The translations under genes and the position numbers were made by a program. This document shows positions 38,736 through 50,441 of a DNA stretch of 60,324 bases, piece by piece. Below the pieces are notes generated by a model, which worked only from the letters and a program-made list of their open reading frames with translations, ran no database searches and was not told the DNA's origin. Position 1 is the stretch's first letter. Each line of letters starts with the position of its first letter. This DNA is from Octopus bimaculoides (Eukaryota): the NCBI RefSeq assembly GCF_001194135.2, contig NC_068982.1, forward strand, positions 167,673,671 to 167,733,994, given 5' to 3'.

Positions 38736-39889
38736 TTTTATGTTATTACTATTTATAATAAATCAAAAGAAGATACAGACGAAGTCATAAATGTATATGT
38801 GTGCGCGAGTATACTTATGTGTGTGGGTATGTCTATCTGAGTGTGTGAGTGGGAATATATATGTGTTGGAAGGCCATTTCAAGAAAGTTCTATATCGTTG
38901 TTCGCTAAAAGGCTATTTCATTGATCGAATACTAACGTTTAAAGAAGAGAAATATTTCGATGCTGTGTACGTGTTTCGTCACAGCTGGATAAATTACTTC
39001 ACATCCAATTCTACCATTTTATCACAGTAGGTGTTACATCTGGTTTGTTTATTGTTTGGTCTTCTAACTAAACGGTTTGTGCTCAATCCGCTAACGAGTT
39101 TCGAACCGATGAATCGAATCGATTTATTCAGTTTCCTACAGAGCTAAATACATGAAATTATAAGTAGTAAAAAGAAAAAAAAAATGATAGATAAAGAAAG
39201 TGAAATAGAAATCAAATCAAATAAAGTAAAACAAATGAAAACAAGAATAGGTAGGAAAACAAACATGAAGAAGAACAACAATATTTATAACAACGGAAAG
39301 TTAGTAACACGAAAGAAAGAAAGTAAGATCAGTAATTGAGAGAATAAAAGGACGGTAAATATAATATTGATTTCTCCCATTGGCAAAAGACCAAGAATTT
39401 CTGAGGGGAATTTATTGTCGATTTGACTCCAGCGCACGTCCAGTACTCATTTTTTTGATGCAGAGGAGTTCGAAGAGCAAAGTCGGTCCCAATAGGATTT
39501 GGATTCGAACGCCGGAGTGCGAAAATAAATGGCATCTAAAAGCTATTGAGTTCGGCTGCTTGTTATTTTTGAAAATCTATCGTCTTTAAAATGTATCTGA
39601 TATTGATTTATCACGTTAGTACAAAAACGAAGATTTGTTCGGAAATGAGTTTGTTTGATCGATTAAATCGATTTAGTACATAACTAGTACTTATTTTATC
39701 AATACTGTTAAAATTTGAACTCCGAACGAAAACATATACAAATAAATGGTACAAGGCATTTAGTGAAACGCCTGAGAGTTTTGTCAGAATTGCAAAAAAA
39801 CTGTGGTGAGATTAAACACCCGTTTAAGCCATGCTGGTGTTGATTTAGAACTTCATCCTTTGGAGACCAATTAAACAAGTATCAGGAAT

Positions 39890-40100
39890 GTTCTGGCTTG
39901 ATTCCAAATTTTGGTACAAAGCCAACAAGTTCGAGAGAAGAGGTAAATCAATTACATCAACCCCATTGTTTAACTGGTACTTATTTTTTTTATCTACCCC
40001 GAAAAGATAAAAGGCAAAGTCGACTTCGGCGGAATTTGAACTCAGAACGTAAAGAGGACGAAATGATGCTAAGCAGTATGCATGGCGTGCTAACGATTTG
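39890..40100 (-). mobile_element. SINE family 2 copy (a further, more degenerate copy lies at about 39380-39545)
   Basis: actggtacttatttt...aaaggcaaagtcgacttcggcggaatttgaactcagaacgtaaag...ggcgtgctaacgat. Confidence 0.75.
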
Positions 40101-40600
40101 AATGAGCATAATATTAAGATCTAAGACGAAATACCGAGCTCAAATTGAAATTCAATAATCCCTCTCTTGAGATTTGAATTAGAGTTGATGAAAAAGTTAC
40201 ATATTCAACTTTCACTTTTGGACATCAGTTTAAGTAAGAACTTCATGTTTAGATTATCTTTGTTCATCTTGTAATCTGAAGTTTGAAAATTTGAAATAAA
40301 AATTCAAATGAAAATCGAAAACAAAAAGCTCTTTAAAAGTCGACACTCCCCAGGCTCGACAACGATAATTTCTTTTGCATCTGCGAAATGTTGTTGTATA
40401 CGTATCAATAATTAAATTATTCAATTAGCTAAAGATAAAAAAGTTTACCATGCCAAAAATATCGTAATGACCTAACCCTCTTAAATAGAGAAAACCAAAT
40501 TCTCGGNNNNNNNNNNNNNNNNNNNNNNCTTATTTTCATTTGTTTCCTTTTCCTGTTCTTGTTATCATTGTTGTTGCACTCCCTTGGCATTTCTCTTTAG

Positions 40601-40631
<31 letters not shown>

Positions 40632-40786
40632 GTATATATGTATATATATCAGTTGAATGTTAAGCAACCAAAATATGTAGGTTACTGTTTCTATTGTAAT
40701 ATGCTCCTAGGATCAAGTGTAATCATTCTTGAAGCAGTAAAAGACCTTCTTTCGATTTTCAAGCGTTTCTAGTACAAAATTAAATC

Positions 40787-40848
40787 TAATTTATAGCCAT
40801 GGATTTATTCTGAGGAAGTTGGCATACAATTCTTTCTTTCTCGAATTA
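40787..40848 (+). repeat. 62-bp direct repeat of 41507-41568 (1 mismatch)
   Basis: taatttatagccatggatttattctgaggaagttggcatac(a/g)attctttctttctcgaatta occurs twice, 720 bp apart, with no gap between. Confidence 0.85.
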
Positions 40849-42214
40849 GATCTCTCTGTCAATAAATCCTATATTGAATTTTACGCTAGCTTTATATTAA
40901 GATCCGTAAAACAAAAACAAGACACAACATATTTTACGGTGATTCACCAACTCAAAACTTTATCCAGTGGTTGATGGTAGATGTAATTTTACTTAAAGTT
41001 CGATGATTTCTCTATTCAAATTATTAATATATGGCATGCCTTACACTCAAGATGCATTACAAATGATTCACTAAGTCTTTTCTCAAAGATTTAAGAAATT
41101 TAAGTATTTCCTTTTTTTTTAAAAATCTGTATGGTTTAAATTTTTTGTTAATTCCACTTTGACTCTGAATTATGTAAGGATATTTAAGGATAGAAAATTG
41201 TCTCATTACCGGTCAGCATTTCCTGAAAGTCCTGCGAAGAAAAGTCGACTGATGAAAATGTACAAATTGTCGTACGTTATTACGTACATAATTGGTTTTG
41301 TGTGGCACATGCAATACTGAAACACATAATTAATGTCGCTCACGATAATAAGGAACAAATTTCCCGTACTATTTCACTATATTGGTTTGATTCGCCGCAT
41401 TTTTAGCAAAAATATATAAACGAAAATAGGATTTTCAATTTTCAATTTTTAAGCATCTCATCGTTCATGTTTCGAAGAGATATGCCAGTTTTGCTGTTAA
41501 TTTATATAATTTATAGCCATGGATTTATTCTGAGGAAGTTGGCATACGATTCTTTCTTTCTCGAATTACTTCAGCATTCATAAATGATTTATTTCGTAGT
41601 TAATTTTCAAGCATTTTCCCGAGGTTATTTTCATGCTATGTTCTATACATTATTGCAACCATTTTTGTAGTATCATTGCTTTGCAACTAGTTACTATTCG
41701 GATCATTTCCTTTTATGCTCTTCCCAATTTTCGCACTATTTGTTTTCATTGCCATTCATACGACTTTACACAAATAGCAAAATCTGCCATATTGTTTTTT
41801 TTACCATAAGTTACCAAAGTTAGTAAGATATCCAAAAGATATTCAAAAGTATCTCTAAAGAGTTGTGCGATCTGATAGAAAGGACAGCCACCTTTTCCTC
41901 AAATCATAACTTACGGTATTACAAACATGAAGGACACGTTAGATAAGACGAGATGGTCATTGCCAGAATGCTTATGATCAAAGACCTGCTCGATTAAGAT
42001 TGATGTGGTATTCAACTGCAAAAACAGATAAATATTAAATGTTAAGGCTCCTATTGCTTCCACGGGAAGAATTTGAATTTACTGAAATACTTACGTCTTG
42101 TTTCCTTTGGTACTTTAATTACAAAATAGAAATAATAGTCAACTCCTGCACAAATCTAAAAACGCATTCGTTTGAAAAATGCAGTGATGATGATGATGAT
42201 GATGAAAATAGTCC

Positions 42215-43260
42215 TTTCTATTATAGGCACAAGGGACTTGAAATTGTGGCGAAAGGAGAGGGGCTATTCGATTACATCAACCTCAGTGTTCAACTCATAC
42301 TTATTTTATCGACTCCAAAAGAATGAAAGGCGAAGTCAGTCTCGGTAGAATTTGAACTCAGAGGATAAAGACGGTGTGAATGTTGTTAGGCATTCTGTCC
42401 GGCATACTAACGATTCTCTCAGGTAGCCGCCTTCATGATAATGATGATGATAATAAACATTGTTTCTATTATTAGTACAAATCTGAAATTTGAACTTGGA
42501 AGCTAAAGAGCCGGAAGAAATACCATAAGGCGTTTTCCCCGACACTTTCACAATTCTACCAATCTAGTGAATTCTAATAATTGTATCATATTTTAGCTGA
42601 AGGCCAGCAATTTTCGGAGGAGGTACTAATCAACTAAACTGAGCCAATAACTGACTGGTACTTTAGTTTATAGACAAAACAGACCGGTAGGATTTGAACC
42701 CAGAACGTAAAGAGCCGGAATAAATCTTCGAAGGCATTTTCCGACGCTATAACTATTCTGCTTGCTCGCCGACTTTATAATGACTTGAGATTTTGACACA
42801 AGGCTAGCGATTTTGAGAAGAGCGGGTTTAGTCGATACCATCAACCACCAATACATGACTGGTACGTTAATTTATCGACTCCGAAAGGATGAATGGCAAA
42901 GTCGACCATGGCAGAATTTTTCATACAGAACGTAAGGTCAGGGAAATGCCACTAAGCATCTTTTCCAGCGTGCTAATTATCCTGCCAGCTCGCCGCCTTA
43001 ATAATAATGATTGTTTCAAATTTTGACACAAGACTACCAGTTTTAAGGGTAAGGGTTTGTAGATTACATCAACCTCAGTACTTGATTGGTATTTATTTTA
43101 TCGACACTGGAAAAATGAAAGTGAAAATCGAGCTCAGCGGAATTTGAAATAAACGTAGGCACATTAATATAAATTTGAAGGAGAACTATATTCAGTTTTA
43201 TAGAAATCAGTACTTTATTTTATCAGTACTTTATTTTATCGAGCCCGTAAGAATGAAAGA
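42215..43260 (-). mobile_element. Cluster of 5 or more diverged head-to-tail SINE family 2 copies
   Basis: Units at about 42215-42433, 42460-42560, 42590-42775, 42780-43000 and 43000-43150, all in the same orientation and separated by ataata-type spacers. Confidence 0.75.
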
Positions 43261-45401
43261 CTGAGCTGAAATATTTCTAACTTGGAAGATTTCATTCAAG
43301 CTAAATAATAATTTAATATTTAATAATGGTTTTGACATAGTACATCATTAACTAGAATATTTCCAATATGTCAACTCGAAAATTAAATTGGGATATGAAA
43401 AAATAATATTAAAGACAATATTGTATTATAGTTTTACAAAAATACGCACTAAAATAAAAGAAACCCGAGAGAAATAGCATCCAAAGCGAACAACAGTCTT
43501 AATATGAATAATAAACAAAAAATAAAAATCTTTGCATCCCAATTATTTTACTGCATATCTCTAATTAAATTGATTAATTTGTTAAATAAAATTTGTGACA
43601 GCTACATCTGTTTTAAGCAAACTAGAAATCCTATTTTCACAAAATTATATATAAAAATAAATAGACTTGTTTGTATAAGGTTAGCGAAGTTCGTGTGTTT
43701 GAGTTAATGATTTTAGCAATGTATATTTGTGTTTATGATTTTAATGTGTTTCTATATTTGCGTAAGAATTTATTCAATAAGGGTACATATGTATAACTGT
43801 GCATAAAAATACATACAGTAAGTAATGTATGTATGTAATGTATGGATGTTTGTACGCTTGCAAATATCTTTTACGATGCGGATTTCGGCGATGTCTGTTC
43901 TAACATTGAAATATCACTCGATGTTTCCAAACATACAACTTCAATAAACAAAAGATAAAGAAATTGGAATATTTCACTGGACGAGAAGGTTAAAAAGCGG
44001 TGTAACTTTAACATTTGGACGAGAATATTTGAAATAATGAGAAATGCGATCGATATTTTTTGTACCTACATCAAGTTTTATATAAAAATATCGCGAGCAA
44101 ACGTGACAGCTTGAATTTTTCCAATAATTTATTGTCCATAAAATAGAAAGAGCAAGATCTAACATTTAAATCATAGGAATACGTATTCGCAAAAACATGT
44201 AATCCTGAGAGTCAAAGAATGGCAATTGGATAGTTAAACTTGTACCACTCGGGTTAGCTCTTATTGAGCAGAACAGTTGTGTTCAAGGCAGCCTGATCAG
44301 GTTCTGCATTAATCAATGAATGTGTCTCACGATGGGGCGTGATTTGAGAGAGATTTATCTGCTATTTCTAGCCAGTTGAGCGACAGCATTGAAGCTCCTT
44401 CGTTAGTTGAAAGTCGTGTTGGTGTTGATTGCGTGCCCAGGAAGCTGGGCTCAAACAATTTTAGTTCTAATGTAATTTATTAAAAATTTCGGAAACACTT
44501 ATTTGTTCAATATGTCAGGCATCTGTCTGAGCATCACACAGCACACAGCACACATCTAATATTAATGAAAATGAAGATTATCGAGTTGGTGGTGCTAGTG
44601 GATATATTTTACTGAAGGTGTTCAAAAATCAGTCAAGTTTGCTCTGGTAATATTTAACTCAAGAACTTGTTCAAAATATTTAGAATGACCCATATATTCA
44701 GCATCTTGATATCGTTGGTGATGTTTCTAGTCAACCCTTATCCGATTGCTTTTCTTCTTTTCAAGAAGTGTAGGCTTAAGTTCAGCAGTGGGACATGCGA
44801 TTTTCATTTTTAAGCGTTTCTTATTATCGTGTCGCAATCAGGAAGGCTTCACTCACAAGTGTATTGGATGGGAAGAACATGATTAATTTAGTTAAATTAT
44901 TTCAATAGCCAGTGATTGGATTATTGTCCTGACTACATACAATGCTTGTTTTTTTTTTAGGGATATTAGTTAAAGAAAGATACAATAGTCACAGGAATGT
45001 CTCGTATGAATCAGCTTGATGTTACGTGAGAGACAAACGAAGTTCAATAGAGAAGACTTTATTTCTCCTTCTCCCTCTCTCTACCCCAATCACTTATTTT
45101 CTTAACTTGGTTTTAATAATAATTACTATAGTAATTGTAGCGTTAAGCAGTGATGTGAAATAAACAGACTTTTTGTTAACTCATATTTGCGACAAATTTT
45201 ATCTCCTACTTGTAAATGCAAGAGAAAAAATGTCACGCTAGAGAAAAAAAAATCTCATTTTCGTTCTCAACTGATGCTCAGGTTTAGAAATTATTTGCCT
45301 TGAAACGATAAAGCCAAGTCTTCTTGATGTAGATTTGTTAGCACAGAGACTAGCAAATCTCTCCAACCACCCACAAGTGTATTCTAATTGTTATTACTGG
45401 T

Positions 45402-45729
45402 GAAGGAGCATGGTTCAGTGGTTAGAGCGTCGAGCTCACAACCTTGATATAGTGAGTTAGATTCCCGGACCAGGCTGTGTTGTGTTCTTTAACAAGACAC
45501 TTTTATTTCACTTTGCTTCAGTACACTTAGCTACAGAAATGAGTTGTGATGTCACTTGTGCCAAGCTGTATTGGCCTTTGCTTTTCTCTTGGATAACATC
45601 AGTAATGCGGAGAGGGGAGACTGCTGGTCTCCCACAAATAACTTTGCCCAGACTTGTACGTCGGAGGGGAACTTTCTAGATGAAATCCCATGGTCATTCA
45701 TGACCAAAGGGTATCTTTACCCTTTTACC
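45402..45729 (+). mobile_element. tRNA-headed SINE (family 4) with TTTACC-type tail
   Basis: tggttcagtggttagagc...gagttagattccc head, gtgttctttaacaagacactt core, and ...tttacccttttacc end. Confidence 0.7.
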
Positions 45730-45979
45730 ATGTTGTTGGAGATAGTGGTTATTTTTGCCTTTTCTATCAATTTCCGCTCCACCTCATTTATTTTAAGTTT
45801 GTACTAAAAACAACGTCGCTTTATTAATAATGGTATCACGACACGATTGGGCTCTAAAGAATTAAGAGTATTAGGCCATAGTTCCAACCCAATCCATTTC
45901 AGCATTGATTCGTTTATCCAGGCCACTCTGCCGTTTGCTATATTCTTGTTGTTAGTGTTGTTTTTAGACTGAGTTTCTG

Positions 45980-46491
45980 GATCTTTTTTAAAACAGGGGC
46001 CACATTTTTCATTAACGAAACACTTTGAAACTTGGAACACTAGTAGAATGTGTCATATAAAACATCTTTTTCTCTTAGTCTTCTTAAAAAAAAAGAAATC
46101 CCTAAGTTATTCCATGTTAAAGTTGTCGTATTTCTGTAATTTCAACCAATCACTGACGTCCATTCAGCCGATATACATTAAGTATCGGTGATAGGGTTAG
46201 GGTTAGGGTTAGGGTTAGGGTTAGGGTTAGGGTAAAACAGCAAATTTAAAAAGNNNNNNNNNNTGGCTTAATCAGCCAAAGGAGTAAATATAAACAACTG
46301 AATACTTGTCAGTGATTGGTTGAAATTATCGAAATAAGACAATTTTTTACATGAAATAAATTCGAATACAAAAATATTTTTCTGTTCTATAACACAAAAT
46401 AGATAAGTATACGAAGTTTGAAAGTCTTTCGGTACCAAAAACACTACGTAAAACATTAATGAAAAATGTGGCCCCCGTTTTAAAAACGATC
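45980..46491. mobile_element. MITE-like element with 38-bp TIRs, internal inverted repeats and a central telomeric tract
   Basis: 45980-46017 versus 46454-46491 match at 35/38 as an inverted repeat. A second inverted pair lies at about 46108-46157 and 46308-46358. Confidence 0.8.
46192..46232 (+). repeat. Interstitial telomeric repeat TAGGG(TTAGGG)6
   Basis: Directly visible; seven GGG tracts. Confidence 0.95.
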
Positions 46492-47044
46492 TGATTTTCT
46501 TTTTAATGTTGCGGACGTTGGGCTGGTGTGAATAAGTTTCGCTTACATGGCAGATATAATTGATAATTGCTACAGCAGCCTATTTCATTCTACTCTAACT
46601 CAAATAGAATGTAAAGTCGCTGTTTGCGTTATAAACTTCACTACATTTATTAACTGACCAATTGATATTCAGGAAATATTTGGTTTTGAATTGCTCTTTA
46701 TGACATATTCTGGTAATGTTCATCAAAACAGAATAAACAAAAAGATAAAAATAATATCGTACTTGATACAATTCATACTAATTAGCTATAGGAGGCGGCA
46801 CACTTTCGGAATATTGATGGCTTATTGATAAGTTTGTCATGGCAAGCTGCTTTTCATCAATACAAGTGGCTCTACGAACGTACTTCAAGTAAACGTTGAC
46901 CAGCGCTGACGTTTTCTTTCTGTTCATAGATCAGGTAATTAAATTTCTTTTATCTATTGAAACTTTATAAACTGAATGACGGTGTTTTCAGACATCTACC
47001 TATTAGATCTTTCACTTATCATTAGCGTACTGAAGACAGTATGT

Positions 47045-48091
47045 TTATTATTATTATTATTATTATTATTGTTCAGTAGTTTTATTTTTATAACGTGCTT
47101 TCACTTCACTAACGAGCGCAGCTCTGTGCGCCTTGGGTATGTGATGTGGTTTGCTGTGGTGCTCTTATGTTTACTGTATTGAAAGTGTTTTGCGTAGAAT
47201 GTGTGCAGTACCCAGTAGTGCAATTTTCTGTATGTTATATATATTTGTAAGTCCTGGTATTTTTGTTATGTATTTGTCTGAATATTTTTTTATTATACCT
47301 AAGGCACCTACTATGATACGAATTGTTTCTGTTTTTAGATTCCACATTTGAGTTATCTCTATTTCCAGGTCTTTGTATTTTGAAAGTTTTTCCATTTCTT
47401 TTAGAGAAACGTTGTCATCTGCTGGTATTGATNNNNNNNNNNNNNNNNNNNNNNNNNNNNNNNNNNNNNNNNNNNNNNNNNNNNNNNNNNNNNNNNNNNN
47501 NNNNNNNNNNNNNNNNNNNNNNNNNNNNNNNNNNNNNNNNNNNNNNNNNNNNNNNNNNNNNNNNNNNNNNNNNNNNNNNNNNNNNNNNNNNNNNNNNNNN
47601 NNNNNNNNNNNNNNNNNNNNNNNNNNNNNNNNNNNNNNNNNNNNNNNNNNNNNNNNNNNNNNNNNNNNNNNNNNNNNNNNNNNNNNNNNNNNNNNNNNNN
47701 NNNNNNNNNNNNNNNNNNNNNNNNNNNNNNNNNNNNNNNNNNNNNNNNNNNNNNNNNNNNNNNNNNNNNNNNNNNNNNNNNNNNNNNNNNNNNNNNNNNN
47801 NNNNNNNNNNNNNNNNNNNNNNNNNNNNNNNNNNNNNNNNNNNNNNNNNNNNNNNNNNNNNNNNNNNNNNNNNNNNNNNNNNNNNNNNNNNNNNNNNNNN
47901 NNNNNNNNNNNNNNNNNNNNNNNNNNNNNNNNNNNNNNNNNNNNNNNNNNNNNNNNNNNNNNNNNNNNNNNNNNGCTCTGTGTGCCTTGGGTATATGCTG
48001 TGGTTTGCAGTGATGCTCTTATGGTTACTGTATTGAAAGTGTTTTGCGTAGGATGTGTGCAGTGCCCAGTAGTGCAATTATCTGTATGTTA

Positions 48092-48170
<79 letters not shown>
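47045..48170 (-). mobile_element. R4/Dong-like (restriction-like endonuclease) non-LTR retrotransposon 3' ends, two tandem pieces, bounded by (TAA)n
   Basis: Minus strand SIPADDNVSLKEMEKLSKYKDLEIEITQMWNLKTETIRIIVGALGIIKK...IQKIALLGTAHILRKTLSIQ* (47432-47171), 3' UTR to 47071, then (TAA)n at 47045-47070. A second short 3' copy at 47975-48093 is preceded by (TAA)n at 48092-48170. There is an N-gap at 47433-47974. Confidence 0.8.
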
Positions 48171-48480
48171 GCCTTGTGGTTAGGGTGTTGCACTCACGAT
48201 CGCGAGATCGTGGTTTCAGTTCCTAGACTGGTTTGTGCGTTGTGTTCTTCAACAAAAACACTTCACCTCACGCTGCTCAACGTTCTCTTCGACACCTGAC
48301 GTGTGGTACACTGTGCAACTGTTCAGGCAACATCGATTTGATGGAGGGAGTGAGCTACTGTGCAGTACATACGTTTCATCGCTATCAGTAGATCATCTGC
48401 GTAAGTCGTTCGCCAAAAGCTGAACACTCATACGTCTTCAACGAAAGAGTCCATCAACATGGTTGTCAGCATCATCATCG
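48171..48480 (+). mobile_element. tRNA-headed SINE, head abutting the TAA tract
   Basis: gccttgtggttagggtgttgcactcacgatcgcgagatcgtggtttcagttcctagac...gtgttcttcaacaaaaacactt. Confidence 0.6.
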
Positions 48481-48485
48481 TCACC

Positions 48486-48516
<31 letters not shown>

Positions 48517-48522
48517 CCACAA

Positions 48523-48641
48523 AACTACACACCTATAAATGTCTACCCACAACTTACAAAGCATTAACTGCAATAATGTAACGGAGATCAGGCAGACATC
48601 TAGAAGAAAACAATCTGTTTCCAGAAGATCAGAAGGGATGT
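48523..48641 (+). mobile_element. Non-LTR reverse-transcriptase fragment (R4-like, N-terminal RT motifs)
   Basis: NYTPI/CLPTTYKALTAIM*RRSGRHLEENNLFPEDQKGC resembles NYRPITCLPT.YK.LT.I......HL..NNL.P.EQKGC. Confidence 0.7.
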
Positions 48642-50404
48642 GTGTATGTTAGCAAAATTAATGGAATAAAAAAGTGCAAAAGATTTCAGATGAACGAAAG
48701 ATAATGCGGTATAAATATATAAGTACAGAATTAAGTTTTTATGAGATTAGATAATAAAATAAAGCAATGATATGGTTGGTTAAACTGCCATCCAGATTCT
48801 TGAAAAAGCTGTCTCCTCCTTAACAACAAATGATGAAAACAAAGGTACTAAAAATTAAGTCCTAGTGAAGTGACATCAGACTTGTTATCTTATGCAAGAG
48901 TAACAAAGAAACGGTTGTCATACATAAAAAAATATTAAAACTTGCCACCGATGATTATGTCTAACAAACATTAATGCTCTGCTCTGTAGCTTGGGCAAAA
49001 GATGACTGGAACAGAAGTACTTTAAATTAATAGGCATTAAAATACTGTAGTAGAGAATAGAAGGATGAAACTGTTAGAAATTTTGAACCTGATGCAACAT
49101 ATTCAAATGGGAGGATCTTCAGTTAACATCTCTAAAATACTGTCACCACATAAATCAAGAATACAATCCTTCATCACGACACTGACCTTACTCATGAATG
49201 ATACACAGTTAAAATTCTCAGTCTTTACAAATATTTGAACTGAAAATCACTGATGATCTCACATTTCTGACTCACATTTATAACCGTATACAGTCTGTGT
49301 TTCAGTTTTACTTATTGAACAGTTGCTGACCCTATATAAAAGAGTTAAGATAAATGGGATACTACTTAGATCTTTTGGGAGATGATGTTGCTAGACGCAC
49401 AAATAACTGAAACCGAATTCTATGAAAATTTTACTGATTTTTGGGTTGGCAATAACTCATTTATTAATACACCGCAACCATCCGTCCGCAGACGTTGTCT
49501 TTATGTTTCTTACGCCATTAATAGATTACCAGAATTTTCTGAAGTAGCTAGTTATGTGTCTCCTCTCCCCAAACCCATCAGATGCATTCATTCATTTATT
49601 TTCACCCTAGTTCTCTCTACTCCCAAAATCTACTAATATTTCCTTTCCATAAATGCAACATTTTTGAAATTTCTTCAATTCATGTATTTCTTCGAATGAA
49701 TAACAACGACAATTCACCGCTCATGGAAGGTCTCCAAAGGTTATAAGCACTATTCTTCTACAGTCCAATAAATATCTAAGCATAAATACACACACAAACA
49801 CACACACACACGTACACACTTCTAATTTCATATACTACATTCTCGTGGATCGTGAAGTTTGAAATTGCAGATTGGATACCGTCTCCCTACTGAAATGAAC
49901 GTTTTCTGTAGAGTTCAATCGAAACTAATTCATGGGAGTCACTGAGGCTGATGGAAATAAAGTCGTGATCTTGCGATCAATAGGTATAGATATCTATATG
50001 TTTGGATGTATGTAGTGTTTATATGTGCACGTGTGTATCAATGTTAATACCCATGGATATGTGTAGCTATACGTTTACATATTTAGCAGCGAAATATATC
50101 AACTAATATTATTAGTAATTCTCTGTATTGCATTTGATAAAAGAATGAATGATAGACAATTTCCATTTTATAATTTTATTATGGAGATTTCGTTCGTAAA
50201 ATTTTAAATTTCGGTTTATGTAATAAGCATTATTAATAAAAGAGGAAGCAGGAACTTCATACGAAAAAGCATTATAGTTGCCGGAGTTCCCTATTCATCT
50301 GTAGTTCTTGTGGTATATTTCTTAAAAAGTACATTTTCATGTAAATGTATGAGTTTAATACATTCATATGCACGAAATACACCCTCAAAGTACGTTTACC
50401 AAGA

Positions 50405-50441
<37 letters not shown>

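Noticed and set aside
39080-39135. Minus-strand CTGAATA...hairpin...GAAACTCGTT
   Set aside because: The core is wrong at G8 and there is no helix I pairing; compatible with chance.
46192-46232. Chromosome end or fusion scar
   Set aside because: Only 41 bp, one orientation, and embedded in a TIR element inside an intron.
49883-49938. Hammerhead-like CTCCC-CTGAAATGAAC...GTTCAATC-GAAAC-TAATTC-ATGGGAG
   Set aside because: It needs at least three corrections (core, helix II, triplet), which is too degenerate to support.
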